Below are positions 26,550-36,649 of a stretch of DNA of 64,000 nucleotides, piece by piece (within the stretch, counting starts at the first letter, position 1; each line of letters begins with the position of its first letter). Below the pieces are notes generated by a model. The model did not search any database. It was not told the origin of the DNA and saw only the letters and a program-made list of their open reading frames with translations. This DNA comes from a virus (lineage: Duplodnaviria; Caudoviricetes): IMG/VR virus record IMGVR_UViG_3300033074_000233, positions 96,001 to 160,000 of that record; one strand, 5' to 3'. A program made the position numbers and the translations under genes.

Positions 26550-28961
26550 ATGAAAGAAGCCCTGGACATAACACTACATAACATCGTCCTCGTAAAGGAT
26601 GCTGTTCTTCCGCTAGACCGAAAGGGCGTCACGGTTATCCATGGGCACAACAAGGATGCCTCAGTTGGTAGTGCGCGTGACGTAAACGCCGCAGGCAAGA
26701 CCTTGATGGTTAAGGGATTTCCTGAACTTGTATTCGCCACTAACCCACTGACGCACGGAACGAAGACCAAGTCCAAGAAGGACCTGTTCACCAAGAAGGA
26801 CTCCTCTATTTCCATGCGCTTCCGTGAGCGCAACCACATCTATCGTTTCGAGAAGAAGGCCAAAGGTAAGTCCTTTGAGTACAAGATAGAAAAGGACGAA
26901 GTAGACATCGGTGTCAGAACCATCAAGTATCCAGACCAAAAAATCCGTTCGTTCTTCGGCATGTCGGAGGACGAGTTCTTTACTCTGTACTACATTGATA
27001 GCGGAAAGCCTTCTGCTCTCCAGTTTGGTTCTCCCACGAAGCGTTTGGAGTTCTTTACCAACCTGTTTCGTCTCAATAACTACGACGCTGTTCGGAAGTT
27101 GTTCAATGGACTGATGCGTGAGGCCAAGGACAGCAATGTGGCTCTCAAGGAAATCATGTCGCAGTTGGATATGATTCAGCGCGACTTGCCCAAGGAATCC
27201 GTTGAGGACCTAGACACTCAAATAGAGAGCCTGACGTGCAAAGCGGACAAGTATTCGCGTGAGTACGGAGAACTCCAGAACAAGGAGGCTCGCCTTCTGT
27301 TCGTAGTAGAGAACCAAGAAAACTACCAGCGTCTAATGAAGATCGTCAGCGATCTGGAGTTGGAAGTAGAAAACGGTGCTGACCTCGCGCACACGATCAA
27401 ATGGGCCAAAGCAAAACTTACACGCTACAAGGGCTCCGAGAAGGCAGCAGCGCAGCACAACGCATACAAAGCCGAACTGGAACGCTATGAGTCCAAGCGC
27501 ATAAAAATCATAGACGACCTGCGCGCTGCAGGTTGGAGCATAAAGCCACAGGCCACTATTGCCTATGCTGACTCTTTGAGCAAGTATCGGAAGCGGGGCC
27601 AGGAACTTCAGGCCAGACTGGAGGAGTTGACTGAACAAGTCAAGGACCTGCCGAAGAAGCCTAAGATAGATGACTACCTGTACACACAGGGTCAGGTTAT
27701 TCTCAAGCGTCTCAAACTGAATCCAGAAGACGCCATTGAAAAACTGGCCTCCGAGAAGTCCAAGATCGTAACCAAGCGGGAAGAACTGGATGAGCAGATC
27801 AATGTCCTTAAGAAACTGAAGGACTGCGCTGAATGTCCTACGTGCCGTCAGGGCCTCAGTAAGAAGGCTACAAAGGCTTTGATAGAAGAACTGGCTGCTA
27901 CCTACGATACCCTTGGTCAGCACATTGACAAGGCTACCCATGAACTGAAGGCAGCAAAGTATTACTCCAACAACGAGCCTGACGTTACAGCCTATGGTCA
28001 GACAGTAGACAAGGACTACAAACTCGGCAACAAGATAGCCCAAGTTCATGGAGACATACGCGACCACGAAGGCCGTGCCGAGAAGTACAAAAAGATAGAA
28101 GCCTTCTTAAACAAGTTCAACCTGCTTACCACAATGGAGCGTCCTGAAAAGCCGGACGTTGAGATTGGTGACTATGATCCAGATCGCGTTGAGAAACTGA
28201 CGCAGTTCATTTCCGTAGCGGAGATCATGTCGTCAGGCTTTGACCGTATCCATGAGGTAGATTTTAAGGCAGCCAAGGTGGAATTGAAAGAGGTAAGACG
28301 TACCCGTGAGGAGTACGTTTCCAAGATCAACAAGTACACGACCAAGATTCCGTCGCTGGTAGCCAAGAGAGAACTTGCAACGAAACTAACTCAGCAGCGT
28401 AAGCACCTGCTGGAGAAGCATAAGAACCTCAAGGAAACGGTAGACGACATTCCGATCATCGAAATGTTGATCGAGGCCTACTCCAACAAGGGAATCAAAC
28501 TGCTCCTGATCAAACAGATTGCGGCTATCATCGAGCGCAACATGAACCAGTATGTTCCGTTGCTCTACACGGAGCCTACCAAGTTTTACTTCGAGGTAAT
28601 TGATGAACGGAACTTCAACATCCTCATCGAACGCAAGCAGCAAGGTCAAAAAACTGTTGCGGACGTTAGGACGTTATCAGGTGCAGAGCGCAGGGCGTTT
28701 ACGTTCCTACTTCCTCTGGCTGTGATGCCTTTGATACCACACGAACGTCGCTTGAACGTGATGATACTGGACGAGCCAACGGTTAACATGGGCAAGAATC
28801 GTGTTGACCTGTTTACACGCAGTTTCATTCCGAAGTTGAACACTGTGATACCGCACATTGTGATCGTTACGCCGCAGATGGAGCACTATGCGAATGCGGT
28901 TACTTACCTAGTAACCAAGCACAAAGGAGTGGCGACACTAACCAAGACAGGAGAACACTAA
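26550..28961 (+). CDS. sbcC: SbcC/Rad50/gp46-like SMC ATPase
   Basis: NAAGKT Walker A, coiled coils, CPTC zinc hook, LSGAE signature, ILDEP. Confidence 0.9.
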   Translation: MKEALDITLHNIVLVKDAVLPLDRKGVTVIHGHNKDASVGSARDVNAAGKTLMVKGFPELVFATNPLTHGTKTKSKKDLFTKKDSSISMRFRERNHIYRFEKKAKGKSFEYKIEKDEVDIGVRTIKYPDQKIRSFFGMSEDEFFTLYYIDSGKPSALQFGSPTKRLEFFTNLFRLNNYDAVRKLFNGLMREAKDSNVALKEIMSQLDMIQRDLPKESVEDLDTQIESLTCKADKYSREYGELQNKEARLLFVVENQENYQRLMKIVSDLELEVENGADLAHTIKWAKAKLTRYKGSEKAAAQHNAYKAELERYESKRIKIIDDLRAAGWSIKPQATIAYADSLSKYRKRGQELQARLEELTEQVKDLPKKPKIDDYLYTQGQVILKRLKLNPEDAIEKLASEKSKIVTKREELDEQINVLKKLKDCAECPTCRQGLSKKATKALIEELAATYDTLGQHIDKATHELKAAKYYSNNEPDVTAYGQTVDKDYKLGNKIAQVHGDIRDHEGRAEKYKKIEAFLNKFNLLTTMERPEKPDVEIGDYDPDRVEKLTQFISVAEIMSSGFDRIHEVDFKAAKVELKEVRRTREEYVSKINKYTTKIPSLVAKRELATKLTQQRKHLLEKHKNLKETVDDIPIIEMLIEAYSNKGIKLLLIKQIAAIIERNMNQYVPLLYTEPTKFYFEVIDERNFNILIERKQQGQKTVADVRTLSGAERRAFTFLLPLAVMPLIPHERRLNVMILDEPTVNMGKNRVDLFTRSFIPKLNTVIPHIVIVTPQMEHYANAVTYLVTKHKGVATLTKTGEH

Positions 28962-29770
28962 TGCGGGCCCTGTATGGACTCGGTAATCACAGCATTTTCC
29001 ACGTCCAGAGAACATTGAAAGCCCATAGTAAGGAACTGCGTTTGCAGACGTTGGGAATCAGCGCAAGCGTAAAACCTAACGCGGAAGTGATCCTGGTTCC
29101 TACTGTGAGTAATTTCATTCGCAAGCGTAAGGACCTGTTGTCTTCTGACGCTATTGTGATCGTGTTTGATACACCCGTGCTCATGGCCACTCTGGAGCCA
29201 CTTGAGATACTGGATGCAAAGAAACTAGGACCTTTAAGGTACTCATTCACTACCCTGTCAAAGGAGACTTTGCTCGCAAAAATACAAACAACAGGTAGCG
29301 TAGATGTGGTTAGATCAGAGGTGGACGTTATCTCAAGCCTTCTGGATTCGACCGCGCCTTCGATTATGAAACCGATACTGTCGTTTCTATATTCAATACC
29401 AAACGCTGAGAAGCGAATTGACTATAGATTTCAACTACTTAGGTACTTGACCAATCCGAAACTTTCACGCAAGGACCTAAGAAAGAGTCTAATTGCATTA
29501 TCACGCCAGAAGGGCTCGTCCTCCAGCGTGGACGACCTCCTAGAGTTTTTTGCTACCGATCAGGTAATCAATACTCGCACAGTTCTAGGCCTTATTCGTA
29601 AGGCTAAGAAATCGGGTAAAGCGCCAAAAGTGGACCGACTGTGTGAGAAGCAAAAGGTCAGTGCTTTCGATGTTAAGTACATCCAGAAGGCATATGCCAG
29701 TGATAAAAAACACGTCGTTGTATGTGAGGAAGAACGCTCTACCGAACGGACGAAAAAGTCACGTTCCTAA
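28961..29770 (+). CDS. Hypothetical protein
   Basis: AGGAG RBS, 269 aa. Confidence 0.55.
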   Translation: MRALYGLGNHSIFHVQRTLKAHSKELRLQTLGISASVKPNAEVILVPTVSNFIRKRKDLLSSDAIVIVFDTPVLMATLEPLEILDAKKLGPLRYSFTTLSKETLLAKIQTTGSVDVVRSEVDVISSLLDSTAPSIMKPILSFLYSIPNAEKRIDYRFQLLRYLTNPKLSRKDLRKSLIALSRQKGSSSSVDDLLEFFATDQVINTRTVLGLIRKAKKSGKAPKVDRLCEKQKVSAFDVKYIQKAYASDKKHVVVCEEERSTERTKKSRS

Positions 29771-29815
29771 TTCGGCCTAACAGGCAGTAATACAACCAAC
29801 AGAGAGAGAAGTAAA

Positions 29816-32188
29816 ATGTCACTTGACCAGTATCAGAGTTACATTCATATTTCCCGTTATGCCAGATGGGACGAAGACAAAGGCCGCCGTGAAACTTGGG
29901 GCGAGACCGTTGACCGTTGGTGCACGTTCTTCGACAACCGCTTTGAGAAGGCGCATTCCGATTACATCTGGAACGTGATCCGTCCAGCAATCTTCAATCT
30001 TGAAGTGATGCCGTCGATGCGAGCCTTGATGACAGCAGGTCCTGCGCTGGAGCGTGAGAACCTTGCTGGTTACAACTGCGCCTACTTGGCCGTTAACAAC
30101 AAGCGTTCGTTCAGCGAAACCTTGTATGTACTCATGTGTGGCACAGGTGTAGGCTTCTCCTGTGAGCGTCAGGAAGTGAACAAACTGCCTGAAGTCCCTG
30201 AGAAGTTCTCGCCAAGCGATGACACCATCGTGGTAGAAGACTCGAAAGAAGGTTGGGCTAAAGCCTACCGCAAATTAGTATCGTCTTTGTACGAAGGCGA
30301 TATTCCTAACATCGACTACAGCAAGGTACGTCCTGCTGGTGCTCGCCTCAAAACCTTCGGTGGTCGTGCCTCTGGCCCGGAGCCGTTGAAGCGTCTGTTC
30401 ACGTTCACGACCAATGTGTTCCGCAAGGCTGCTGGCCGTAAACTGCAATCCATCGAAGTGCATGACATTATGTGCATGATCGGTGACGTTGTTGTAGTTG
30501 GTGGTGTACGCCGCAGTGCTCTTATCTCCTTGTCCAACCTATCTGACATGCGTATGCGTGATGCCAAGTCGGGTGACTGGAGACAAGTAACACCGTGGCG
30601 CGAACTCTCCAACAACTCGGCTACGTACACGGAGAAGCCATCTGCGTCAGTGTTCCTTGAGGAGTGGGTATCGCTGATTAAGTCCTACTCTGGTGAACGT
30701 GGTATCTTCAACCGTGAAGCCGCGCAGAAGCAGGCATCACGTTGGGGTCGTCGTAGTGCAGACCTGTCATACGGCTGCAATCCCTGCTGCTTTACAGGGG
30801 AAACTAAGGTATCAGTACCAGGTGACGAACACGCTATTACAATTAAGGACTTGGCAGAATATAGCGGGGGCGTAAAAAAGTTCCTTGTTTATTCTGCTGC
30901 TTTTACAGAACAGGGTTATTGGACGCCTCAAGTAAAATCTGCTATTGCTAGAGATACTGGGGAAAAGCTCGTTCACGAGGTAGTTCTATCTGACGGTAGC
31001 ACGTTTAGATCCACGGACGATCACTTACTTGCTAAAAAGGCTGGTGGTTACGTGATGGTTAAGGACTCTATTGGAGTTAGTCTTCAGGCTATTATGCCAG
31101 GTAGTGACGTAAGTGTTGTGTCTGTTACGGAACTTGGAATAGAAAAGATTTATGATCTACAGGTAGAGGATAACGAAAACTTCTACATTGTCACTAAGTC
31201 TTCTAAAGCCCCAAGAGAAACATCCCTTGGCATCCTCGTCCACAACAGCGAAATCATCCTGCGCGACAAGCAACTGTGCAACCTGTCTGAGGTAATCATC
31301 CGTCAGCACGATACGCTGGATGACCTGAAGCGCAAGATCGAAATTGCAACTGTGATCGGTACCTTCCAAGCAACGCTGACCAACTTCAAGTTCGTTAGTG
31401 ATTCGTGGAAGAAGAACACCGAAGAAGAGCGTCTGCTTGGCGTTTCGCTGACCGGCATCTTCGACAACCGCCTTACGTCCGGCCTTGAAGGTGTAACCGT
31501 ACTGCGTAACGCACTCAAGGAACTGCGTGACCATGCTCGCGTTGTAAACAAGGAGTGGGCTGACAAACTGGACATACCTGAGTCGGCTGCTATCACCTGT
31601 GTTAAGCCAAGTGGTACTGTTTCGCAACTGTGTGACACGGCCTCTGGCATTCACCCACGCTGGAGTCGTTTCTACATTCGCACGTGCCGTCTGGACAAGA
31701 AGGACCCTGTCTATCGACTCATGAAGGATCGTGGCTTCTACATGGAAGACGCCATGATGAAAGAGGAGACGACAGCAGTAGGTTACTTCCCGACTGAGGC
31801 TCCTGCGTTTGGCGTCACCCGTGAGAAACTGACGGCTCTTGAGCACTTGAAGATGTGGCTTATCTACCAGCAAGACTGGTGTGAGCACAAGCCATCAGTT
31901 ACCATCAACGTGAAGGAGAGTGAGTGGCCTGAAGTTGCTGGCTGGGTGTACAACCACTTCGATGAGATCAGCGGCATTGCGTTCCTGCCGTATGACGATC
32001 ATGTGTATCCGCAGGCTCCGTACAACGAAGTAACGGAAGAGGAATACATGAAGTGGATTGAGGCACACCCGACTCCTTCTGTTGACTGGCTCGATCTGGC
32101 CAAGTATGAGCAAGAGGACAACACGGTGAGTATGCAAACGCTGGCCTGTGTCGGCAACAACTGTGACTGGCAGCCACCAACTGCCTAA
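29816..32188 (+). CDS. nrdJ: Class II (adenosylcobalamin-dependent) ribonucleotide reductase, intein-containing
   Basis: RRETWGETVDR, GTGVGF, GGVRRSA, NPC|SEI, CNLSEV, VKPSGT, WCEHKPS; C-terminal Cys pair. Confidence 0.9.
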   Translation: MSLDQYQSYIHISRYARWDEDKGRRETWGETVDRWCTFFDNRFEKAHSDYIWNVIRPAIFNLEVMPSMRALMTAGPALERENLAGYNCAYLAVNNKRSFSETLYVLMCGTGVGFSCERQEVNKLPEVPEKFSPSDDTIVVEDSKEGWAKAYRKLVSSLYEGDIPNIDYSKVRPAGARLKTFGGRASGPEPLKRLFTFTTNVFRKAAGRKLQSIEVHDIMCMIGDVVVVGGVRRSALISLSNLSDMRMRDAKSGDWRQVTPWRELSNNSATYTEKPSASVFLEEWVSLIKSYSGERGIFNREAAQKQASRWGRRSADLSYGCNPCCFTGETKVSVPGDEHAITIKDLAEYSGGVKKFLVYSAAFTEQGYWTPQVKSAIARDTGEKLVHEVVLSDGSTFRSTDDHLLAKKAGGYVMVKDSIGVSLQAIMPGSDVSVVSVTELGIEKIYDLQVEDNENFYIVTKSSKAPRETSLGILVHNSEIILRDKQLCNLSEVIIRQHDTLDDLKRKIEIATVIGTFQATLTNFKFVSDSWKKNTEEERLLGVSLTGIFDNRLTSGLEGVTVLRNALKELRDHARVVNKEWADKLDIPESAAITCVKPSGTVSQLCDTASGIHPRWSRFYIRTCRLDKKDPVYRLMKDRGFYMEDAMMKEETTAVGYFPTEAPAFGVTREKLTALEHLKMWLIYQQDWCEHKPSVTINVKESEWPEVAGWVYNHFDEISGIAFLPYDDHVYPQAPYNEVTEEEYMKWIEAHPTPSVDWLDLAKYEQEDNTVSMQTLACVGNNCDWQPPTA
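30788..31246 (+). mobile_element. Mini-intein (153 aa, no endonuclease)
   Basis: CFTGET start, TDDH block B, IYDLQV, LVHN|S end. Confidence 0.9.
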
Positions 32189-32202
32189 CCGGAGATAGGA
32201 AC

Positions 32203-32535
32203 ATGGCCGAATCTCGTGATACAGTAAAACTTCTGGACGCTAAGTCTATTCTCAAATTGGAGACCGAGAATTACAAAGGCTTTCAGAATAAGGCTTGCGA
32301 GTTTTGGCCATGTCACCCAGAAGAGGAAATGCAGGGGATGGGGTGTTTGTCCTGCTACTGTCCCCTGTACTTTCTTGCCTGTCCTGGCAACTACACGCGC
32401 CTAGCAGATGGTCGTAAGGATTGCTCGCAGTGTACCATTGTCCACTCTAAGGGTGGATGGGAAATCGTCCAGCAGTATATGTTCGCCAAGGAGGCTCCAC
32501 AGCCGGACAAGTTCATCCAGGTGAAGAACATATGA
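32203..32535 (+). CDS. Cysteine-rich small domain (zf-like) protein
   Basis: NKACEFWPCH...CLSCYCPLY...KDCSQCTIVH. Confidence 0.75.
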   Translation: MAESRDTVKLLDAKSILKLETENYKGFQNKACEFWPCHPEEEMQGMGCLSCYCPLYFLACPGNYTRLADGRKDCSQCTIVHSKGGWEIVQQYMFAKEAPQPDKFIQVKNI

Positions 32536-32729
32536 GCCAGCCTCAGTTTGACACCTACCTGCTGCACCTGCCTCCTATCAACCTGAATAACATTAGCCTT
32601 CTGTATAGGTATAATGGCGAGTTTCACGCAAATCAGAAGGAAAAGGACGTAGGGTTCACTATGTCAAGCAAAGCACCTAAAACCCGTGAAATCTCTCGTG
32701 TTTTGGACGGCCTTTTACGCAACCGATAG
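32532..32729 (+). CDS. Hypothetical protein
   Basis: Coupled short ORF. Confidence 0.35.
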   Translation: MSQPQFDTYLLHLPPINLNNISLLYRYNGEFHANQKEKDVGFTMSSKAPKTREISRVLDGLLRNR

Positions 32730-32738
32730 ACTGATACT

Positions 32739-32773
32739 GGCCTCGCGTCTTTCTAGGCACGAGGCCATTTTTA
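32739..32773 (+). terminator. Putative intrinsic terminator
   Basis: GGCCTCG...CGAGGCC stem followed by ATTTTT at the end of the replication block. Confidence 0.5.
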
Positions 32774-32886
32774 TGCTCAAAATCCACCACTGTACGTCTG
32801 TACAGTACCCTATTCTGCAAACTTTTGATATGAGGGCTGCCACACGTGGTTCTGTAAAATAGCAGTAAATACACGCCTCAGAGGGC

Positions 32887-32916
32887 TTGTTCTGAGGCCG
32901 TCTATCGTGCTATACT
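32887..32916 (+). promoter_or_regulatory. Host sigma-70-type promoter (extended -10)
   Basis: TTGTTC-18 nt-TATACT with TGn; the -35 sits in the loop of a GCCTCAGA/TCTGAGGC inverted repeat. Confidence 0.55.
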
Positions 32917-33000
32917 GTCGATGCTAGACCTCTATAGCAGACGACTATCAAAAGTTTGCAGAGCCTGAATCTAGCAAGACCACACACTACGGAGAACGAC

Positions 33001-33330
33001 ATGGCCAAGGCCAAAGCGAAAGAAAAGAAAGCACCGAAGTCTGCGGGTACTGCGGCCTTCATCGAGGACTACAAAGGCAAGCCAACCTTCGGTATATGGA
33101 ACGTCGATGCTGACGGCGACAAGGTAGGTGACTACCCGTTGATAGCCTTCGGCATGAAGAAGGCCGAGGCCCTCATGGAACACATTGACGATCTTGAGGA
33201 GTACATCGAAAAAGGCGGTGAGGCCGCCCTGGAAGAAAATCCGAAGCGCAAGGTCAAGAAAGAAGAACCCAAGAAGAAAAAGAAGCCCAAGGTCGTTCGC
33301 CGTTCGGACTCGGACAGCGACGAAGACTGA
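33001..33330 (+). CDS. Hypothetical charged protein
   Basis: GGAG RBS; GC3-rich codons. Confidence 0.6.
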   Translation: MAKAKAKEKKAPKSAGTAAFIEDYKGKPTFGIWNVDADGDKVGDYPLIAFGMKKAEALMEHIDDLEEYIEKGGEAALEENPKRKVKKEEPKKKKKPKVVRRSDSDSDED

Positions 33331-33393
33331 TTCACCTGTTCCACGCGTTTCACCTGATCCACAAATTTCAATCCCACGTTAGAGGTAATCACC

Positions 33394-34074
33394 ATGAGTT
33401 CTGCTCCAGCAAAGAAAGTTGCAATCTTGAACACCGGCCTGACCCTGAGCCAGGATGAAGTGGCCAAACTCAAGCCCAAGGTTCTGCGTGAACACCTCAA
33501 GAAGTCGTTGAACGTCCTGAGCGAGGACTGGCATCTTCACCTGATCGTGGAAGTGCTGGCTGATGTTCACGGCTGCGATCTCCGTGCTCTTACTCAGGGC
33601 GTTCGCGTCACCAAGGGTGCTGGCGATACGACCGAGTACTCTTTCCGCAAGGGCTCAGGCACGGACAAGGCAACCAAGCGCGTCGCCAAGTTCTTCTTCC
33701 ACAACGAGGCACTGCTTCGCAATTACGTGACGGCTATCGACCTGGCCATCGGCTCTGCCGGCAAGAAGCCGCTTGTTCTCTCTGCGGCTTATGGCTACGA
33801 CGGAGAGGAAAACAACGGCGAGGTAATACAGGACCGGTACCTGCGCTTTATGAAAAAGAATGATCAGGTGTACGTCACGGAGTTCGACCACGAGTATGTG
33901 GTGCTCGCTGACGCTTTTGGTCATCAAGGTCCCATGATCGACAGCCTGGCCATTCGCCTGCTCAAGCGCGTCGCCGCGCGCTACAACCAGACCGTGTACA
34001 CATCGGACACGACCACTGTAGTGGATGGCAAGGGCAACGAGGTGTTCCTCGTTTCCTTCGCGATCATGGAGTAA
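33394..34074 (+). CDS. Hypothetical protein
   Basis: GAGG RBS, 226 aa. Confidence 0.6.
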   Translation: MSSAPAKKVAILNTGLTLSQDEVAKLKPKVLREHLKKSLNVLSEDWHLHLIVEVLADVHGCDLRALTQGVRVTKGAGDTTEYSFRKGSGTDKATKRVAKFFFHNEALLRNYVTAIDLAIGSAGKKPLVLSAAYGYDGEENNGEVIQDRYLRFMKKNDQVYVTEFDHEYVVLADAFGHQGPMIDSLAIRLLKRVAARYNQTVYTSDTTTVVDGKGNEVFLVSFAIME

Positions 34075-34195
34075 GGCGCAAATCACAAGTTTGCGCTGAA
34101 CAGAATACGGAAGCGTTACGGGCACGGATGCCCAGTGTGTTGCAACCACAAGCAAGTAAATGTTTTACCAATCAAAAACCTCTGAGGTAAGTCAA

Positions 34196-35056
34196 ATGAA
34201 AGTGATTAAAGTTTCCGGCGTCAGCAAGGCAGCAAAAGAACTGGTAACGACCATCGGTGACGATATGTTGGCTCGCGCCTTCCGTAGCGGTCCCAAGGTC
34301 GGTCGCGTTGCTGAGAAACGCTTCGACGCCACGGTCAAGGAACTCAAGAACGGCGACATTGTTTGCGTCAATGCCAAGGGCGCAACCATCGGCTACTTCT
34401 GGGACGAGCACAACTACGGTGTGATCTTCAAGAAGGCAACCGACTTCACCAAGTTCGTGAAACTGGCCGAGGAAGAAGACGAGGAAGAAGCACCGAAGGC
34501 CAAGAAAGCGCCGGCCAAGAAGCTCGCTGCGAAAGCCAAGAAGCCCGTGAAGAAAGGCAAGAAAGCAGCCGCGTCGGATGACGACGATGACGAGGAAGAA
34601 GCCGCACCGAAAGCCAAGAAGGGTGCCAAGAAGCCGAAGCCGGCTCCGAAGAAAGGCAAGAAGGCCGCTGACTCGGACGAGGACGACGACAACGCCTGGG
34701 CGGGTGAAGACGAGGAAGACGACGAAGAAGAAACTACTTCCAAGGGCAAGAAGGCGAAGGCCGGCAAGCCTGCGAAGAAAGGCAAGAAGGCAGCCGAGTC
34801 CTCTGACGACGGCGACGATGACGGCGAGGAGCCGGATATCGAACTCGACGTTGACGACGACAACTCCCCGCAGGACAACATGCGGGCTGTCCTCAAGGCG
34901 CTCAAGAAAGAACTCAAGCGCCTGAAGGTCAAGTCGGGTAACGTCAACGACCTGCTCGAACTCCTCGACGGCTACATCGACGACACCGAAGGTGATGGCG
35001 ACGACGAAGAGGAAGAGGAAACCGATTCCGATGAGGAAGAGGAAGACGACGAGTAA
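34196..35056 (+). CDS. Lys/acidic low-complexity protein
   Basis: GAGG RBS; KKGKKAADSDEDDD blocks; acidic tail. Confidence 0.65.
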   Translation: MKVIKVSGVSKAAKELVTTIGDDMLARAFRSGPKVGRVAEKRFDATVKELKNGDIVCVNAKGATIGYFWDEHNYGVIFKKATDFTKFVKLAEEEDEEEAPKAKKAPAKKLAAKAKKPVKKGKKAAASDDDDDEEEAAPKAKKGAKKPKPAPKKGKKAADSDEDDDNAWAGEDEEDDEEETTSKGKKAKAGKPAKKGKKAAESSDDGDDDGEEPDIELDVDDDNSPQDNMRAVLKALKKELKRLKVKSGNVNDLLELLDGYIDDTEGDGDDEEEEETDSDEEEEDDE

Positions 35057-35079
35057 TCCCAGGTAAGTAACTGAGCGAA

Positions 35080-35105
35080 GCGGGGCCTTCTGGGCTCCGC
35101 TTTTT
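35080..35105 (+). terminator. Intrinsic terminator
   Basis: GCGGGGCC-TTCTG-GGCTCCGC then TTTTT. Confidence 0.75.
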
Positions 35106-35147
35106 CTCGTTTGTTCAACGTGCAAACTTTTGAGATTTGGAGACACC

Positions 35148-35927
35148 ATGACTGAGACAATCGAAAACGAGGTGCATGACGCTGTGGTGAAAGCCGTGGA
35201 CGAAATGCTGCTTTCCAACTACAAGGTTCGCCTGAACCTTATTCTGCGCCTGCAGACCGAGGAACTGGAAGAGCCTACGCTGTATCAGGCACCCTCGGGT
35301 GACGTGTTCTCGTTGGCCTTCCCGTTCACAGGCGTACAGGTTCGTCTGAACCCGAACGACAAGGAGCCGACGAAAGCGAAAGGCTTCCTGTCCTCGCACC
35401 TGATCAAGGTGATGCAGGCGATTGAGAACATGCGGAACACGCCGGTTCTTCGTCTGGGTAAGGCTGAGGACGCTGAGGCCTTCTACAATGGCCTGGGTAC
35501 GCACTTCCACCGTCTTGCGTTGGAAACGATGACGGATGAAGTTCCGCAAATGCAGTCCGTTGCGGAGCTTTCCAAGCCTGAGGAAGAGGAAGACCTTACG
35601 CAGAACTATACCATCGACATTTACTACTGCTTCACGGTAAGTGGCGAGGCTGGTTTTGCGAACCTCGAAAAATGGACCAGCAAGGTTCTGGAGAAGTCGG
35701 ACAAGTTCGTTGTACCGTTCCGCTTCACAGTTGCCGTTCCGTTTGATGATCTCCAGCAAGTGATGGGTGATGCGGCAAGCGGACTTGCTCGCATGGGCTT
35801 TGAGTATTCGCACACCTCTGGCGTCAACCCACCTACTCCGCTGTTTCGTTCCAACGCAATGGTTCTGCTCGGCAAGATGGGCGACGGTCCTGTACCTCAC
35901 GCCTTGTTCACCAAGTCGCTCGGTTAA
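35148..35927 (+). CDS. Hypothetical protein
   Basis: GGAG RBS, 259 aa. Confidence 0.6.
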   Translation: MTETIENEVHDAVVKAVDEMLLSNYKVRLNLILRLQTEELEEPTLYQAPSGDVFSLAFPFTGVQVRLNPNDKEPTKAKGFLSSHLIKVMQAIENMRNTPVLRLGKAEDAEAFYNGLGTHFHRLALETMTDEVPQMQSVAELSKPEEEEDLTQNYTIDIYYCFTVSGEAGFANLEKWTSKVLEKSDKFVVPFRFTVAVPFDDLQQVMGDAASGLARMGFEYSHTSGVNPPTPLFRSNAMVLLGKMGDGPVPHALFTKSLG

Positions 35928-35977
35928 TACAAACCCAGGCTGGGACAGGGAAGTCCCATTACGTTAGGAGAAACAAC

Positions 35978-36214
35978 ATGGCTTCATTCGTAACCAGACT
36001 CGAAGGTCACAAAACACTGTCGTCCCAGTCGGTTCGAGTCCTTTACCGCGGCTACGGTAAAGAGGTAGAGATAACGGGAGTGTTCTTTCTTGACCATAAT
36101 CAAACTCACTTTGACCAAGATCTGAAAACAGAACATCCTGAATGCTGGGACCACTTGTGGCAGCAGGCCATGCAGGACAGCATCGAGAATGCAGGTGAAA
36201 CGGTACAGACATGA
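35978..36214 (+). CDS. Hypothetical protein
   Basis: AGGAG RBS. Confidence 0.55.
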   Translation: MASFVTRLEGHKTLSSQSVRVLYRGYGKEVEITGVFFLDHNQTHFDQDLKTEHPECWDHLWQQAMQDSIENAGETVQT

Positions 36215-36624
36215 CAATCGAAACAATCAAAAATTGCCTCGATGAGGTTCTGCCTGAATGGCGGAAGTTTTCCACAATCGAACTTCACGCTATGCAAATA
36301 GCAATCCGCGCTTTGGCCGCGCGCGCAGGTACGTACAAGCCTGGCTTCAAGAATCGAAAGTTTGTACCCGGTACTCGCGTTTGCGTAAAGCAGACGGCCG
36401 TAGTATATGCTGGACGAAAAGGGATTGTTCAGTCCATAGAGGTTGATGCCTCGAACCAGTCCAAAGTTTGGGTTCTGCTTGACGGTACCAGTCATGCTTT
36501 GTTTTTCATGCCTCGTGAACTCAAATTCGACGAGGAAGTGTCACCTGATCACCAGTGCATTACTCTGGAGAACGGTGACTGCATCAATCCGTACTGCGAT
36601 TTACACGCACCATCCTCAACCTAG
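36211..36624 (+). CDS. Hypothetical protein (KOW/SH3-like segment)
   Basis: PGTRVCV...YAGRKGIV. Confidence 0.5.
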   Translation: MTIETIKNCLDEVLPEWRKFSTIELHAMQIAIRALAARAGTYKPGFKNRKFVPGTRVCVKQTAVVYAGRKGIVQSIEVDASNQSKVWVLLDGTSHALFFMPRELKFDEEVSPDHQCITLENGDCINPYCDLHAPSST

Positions 36625-36649
36625 AAACGCGGGGTACTGTAAAGTGAGT

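Noticed and set aside
28961-29770. HolA/delta clamp-loader subunit
   Set aside because: Context is suggestive but no motif could be recognised by eye
34172-35218. 348-aa minus-strand ORF
   Set aside because: Antisense shadow of the low-complexity plus-strand gene; no RBS or motif
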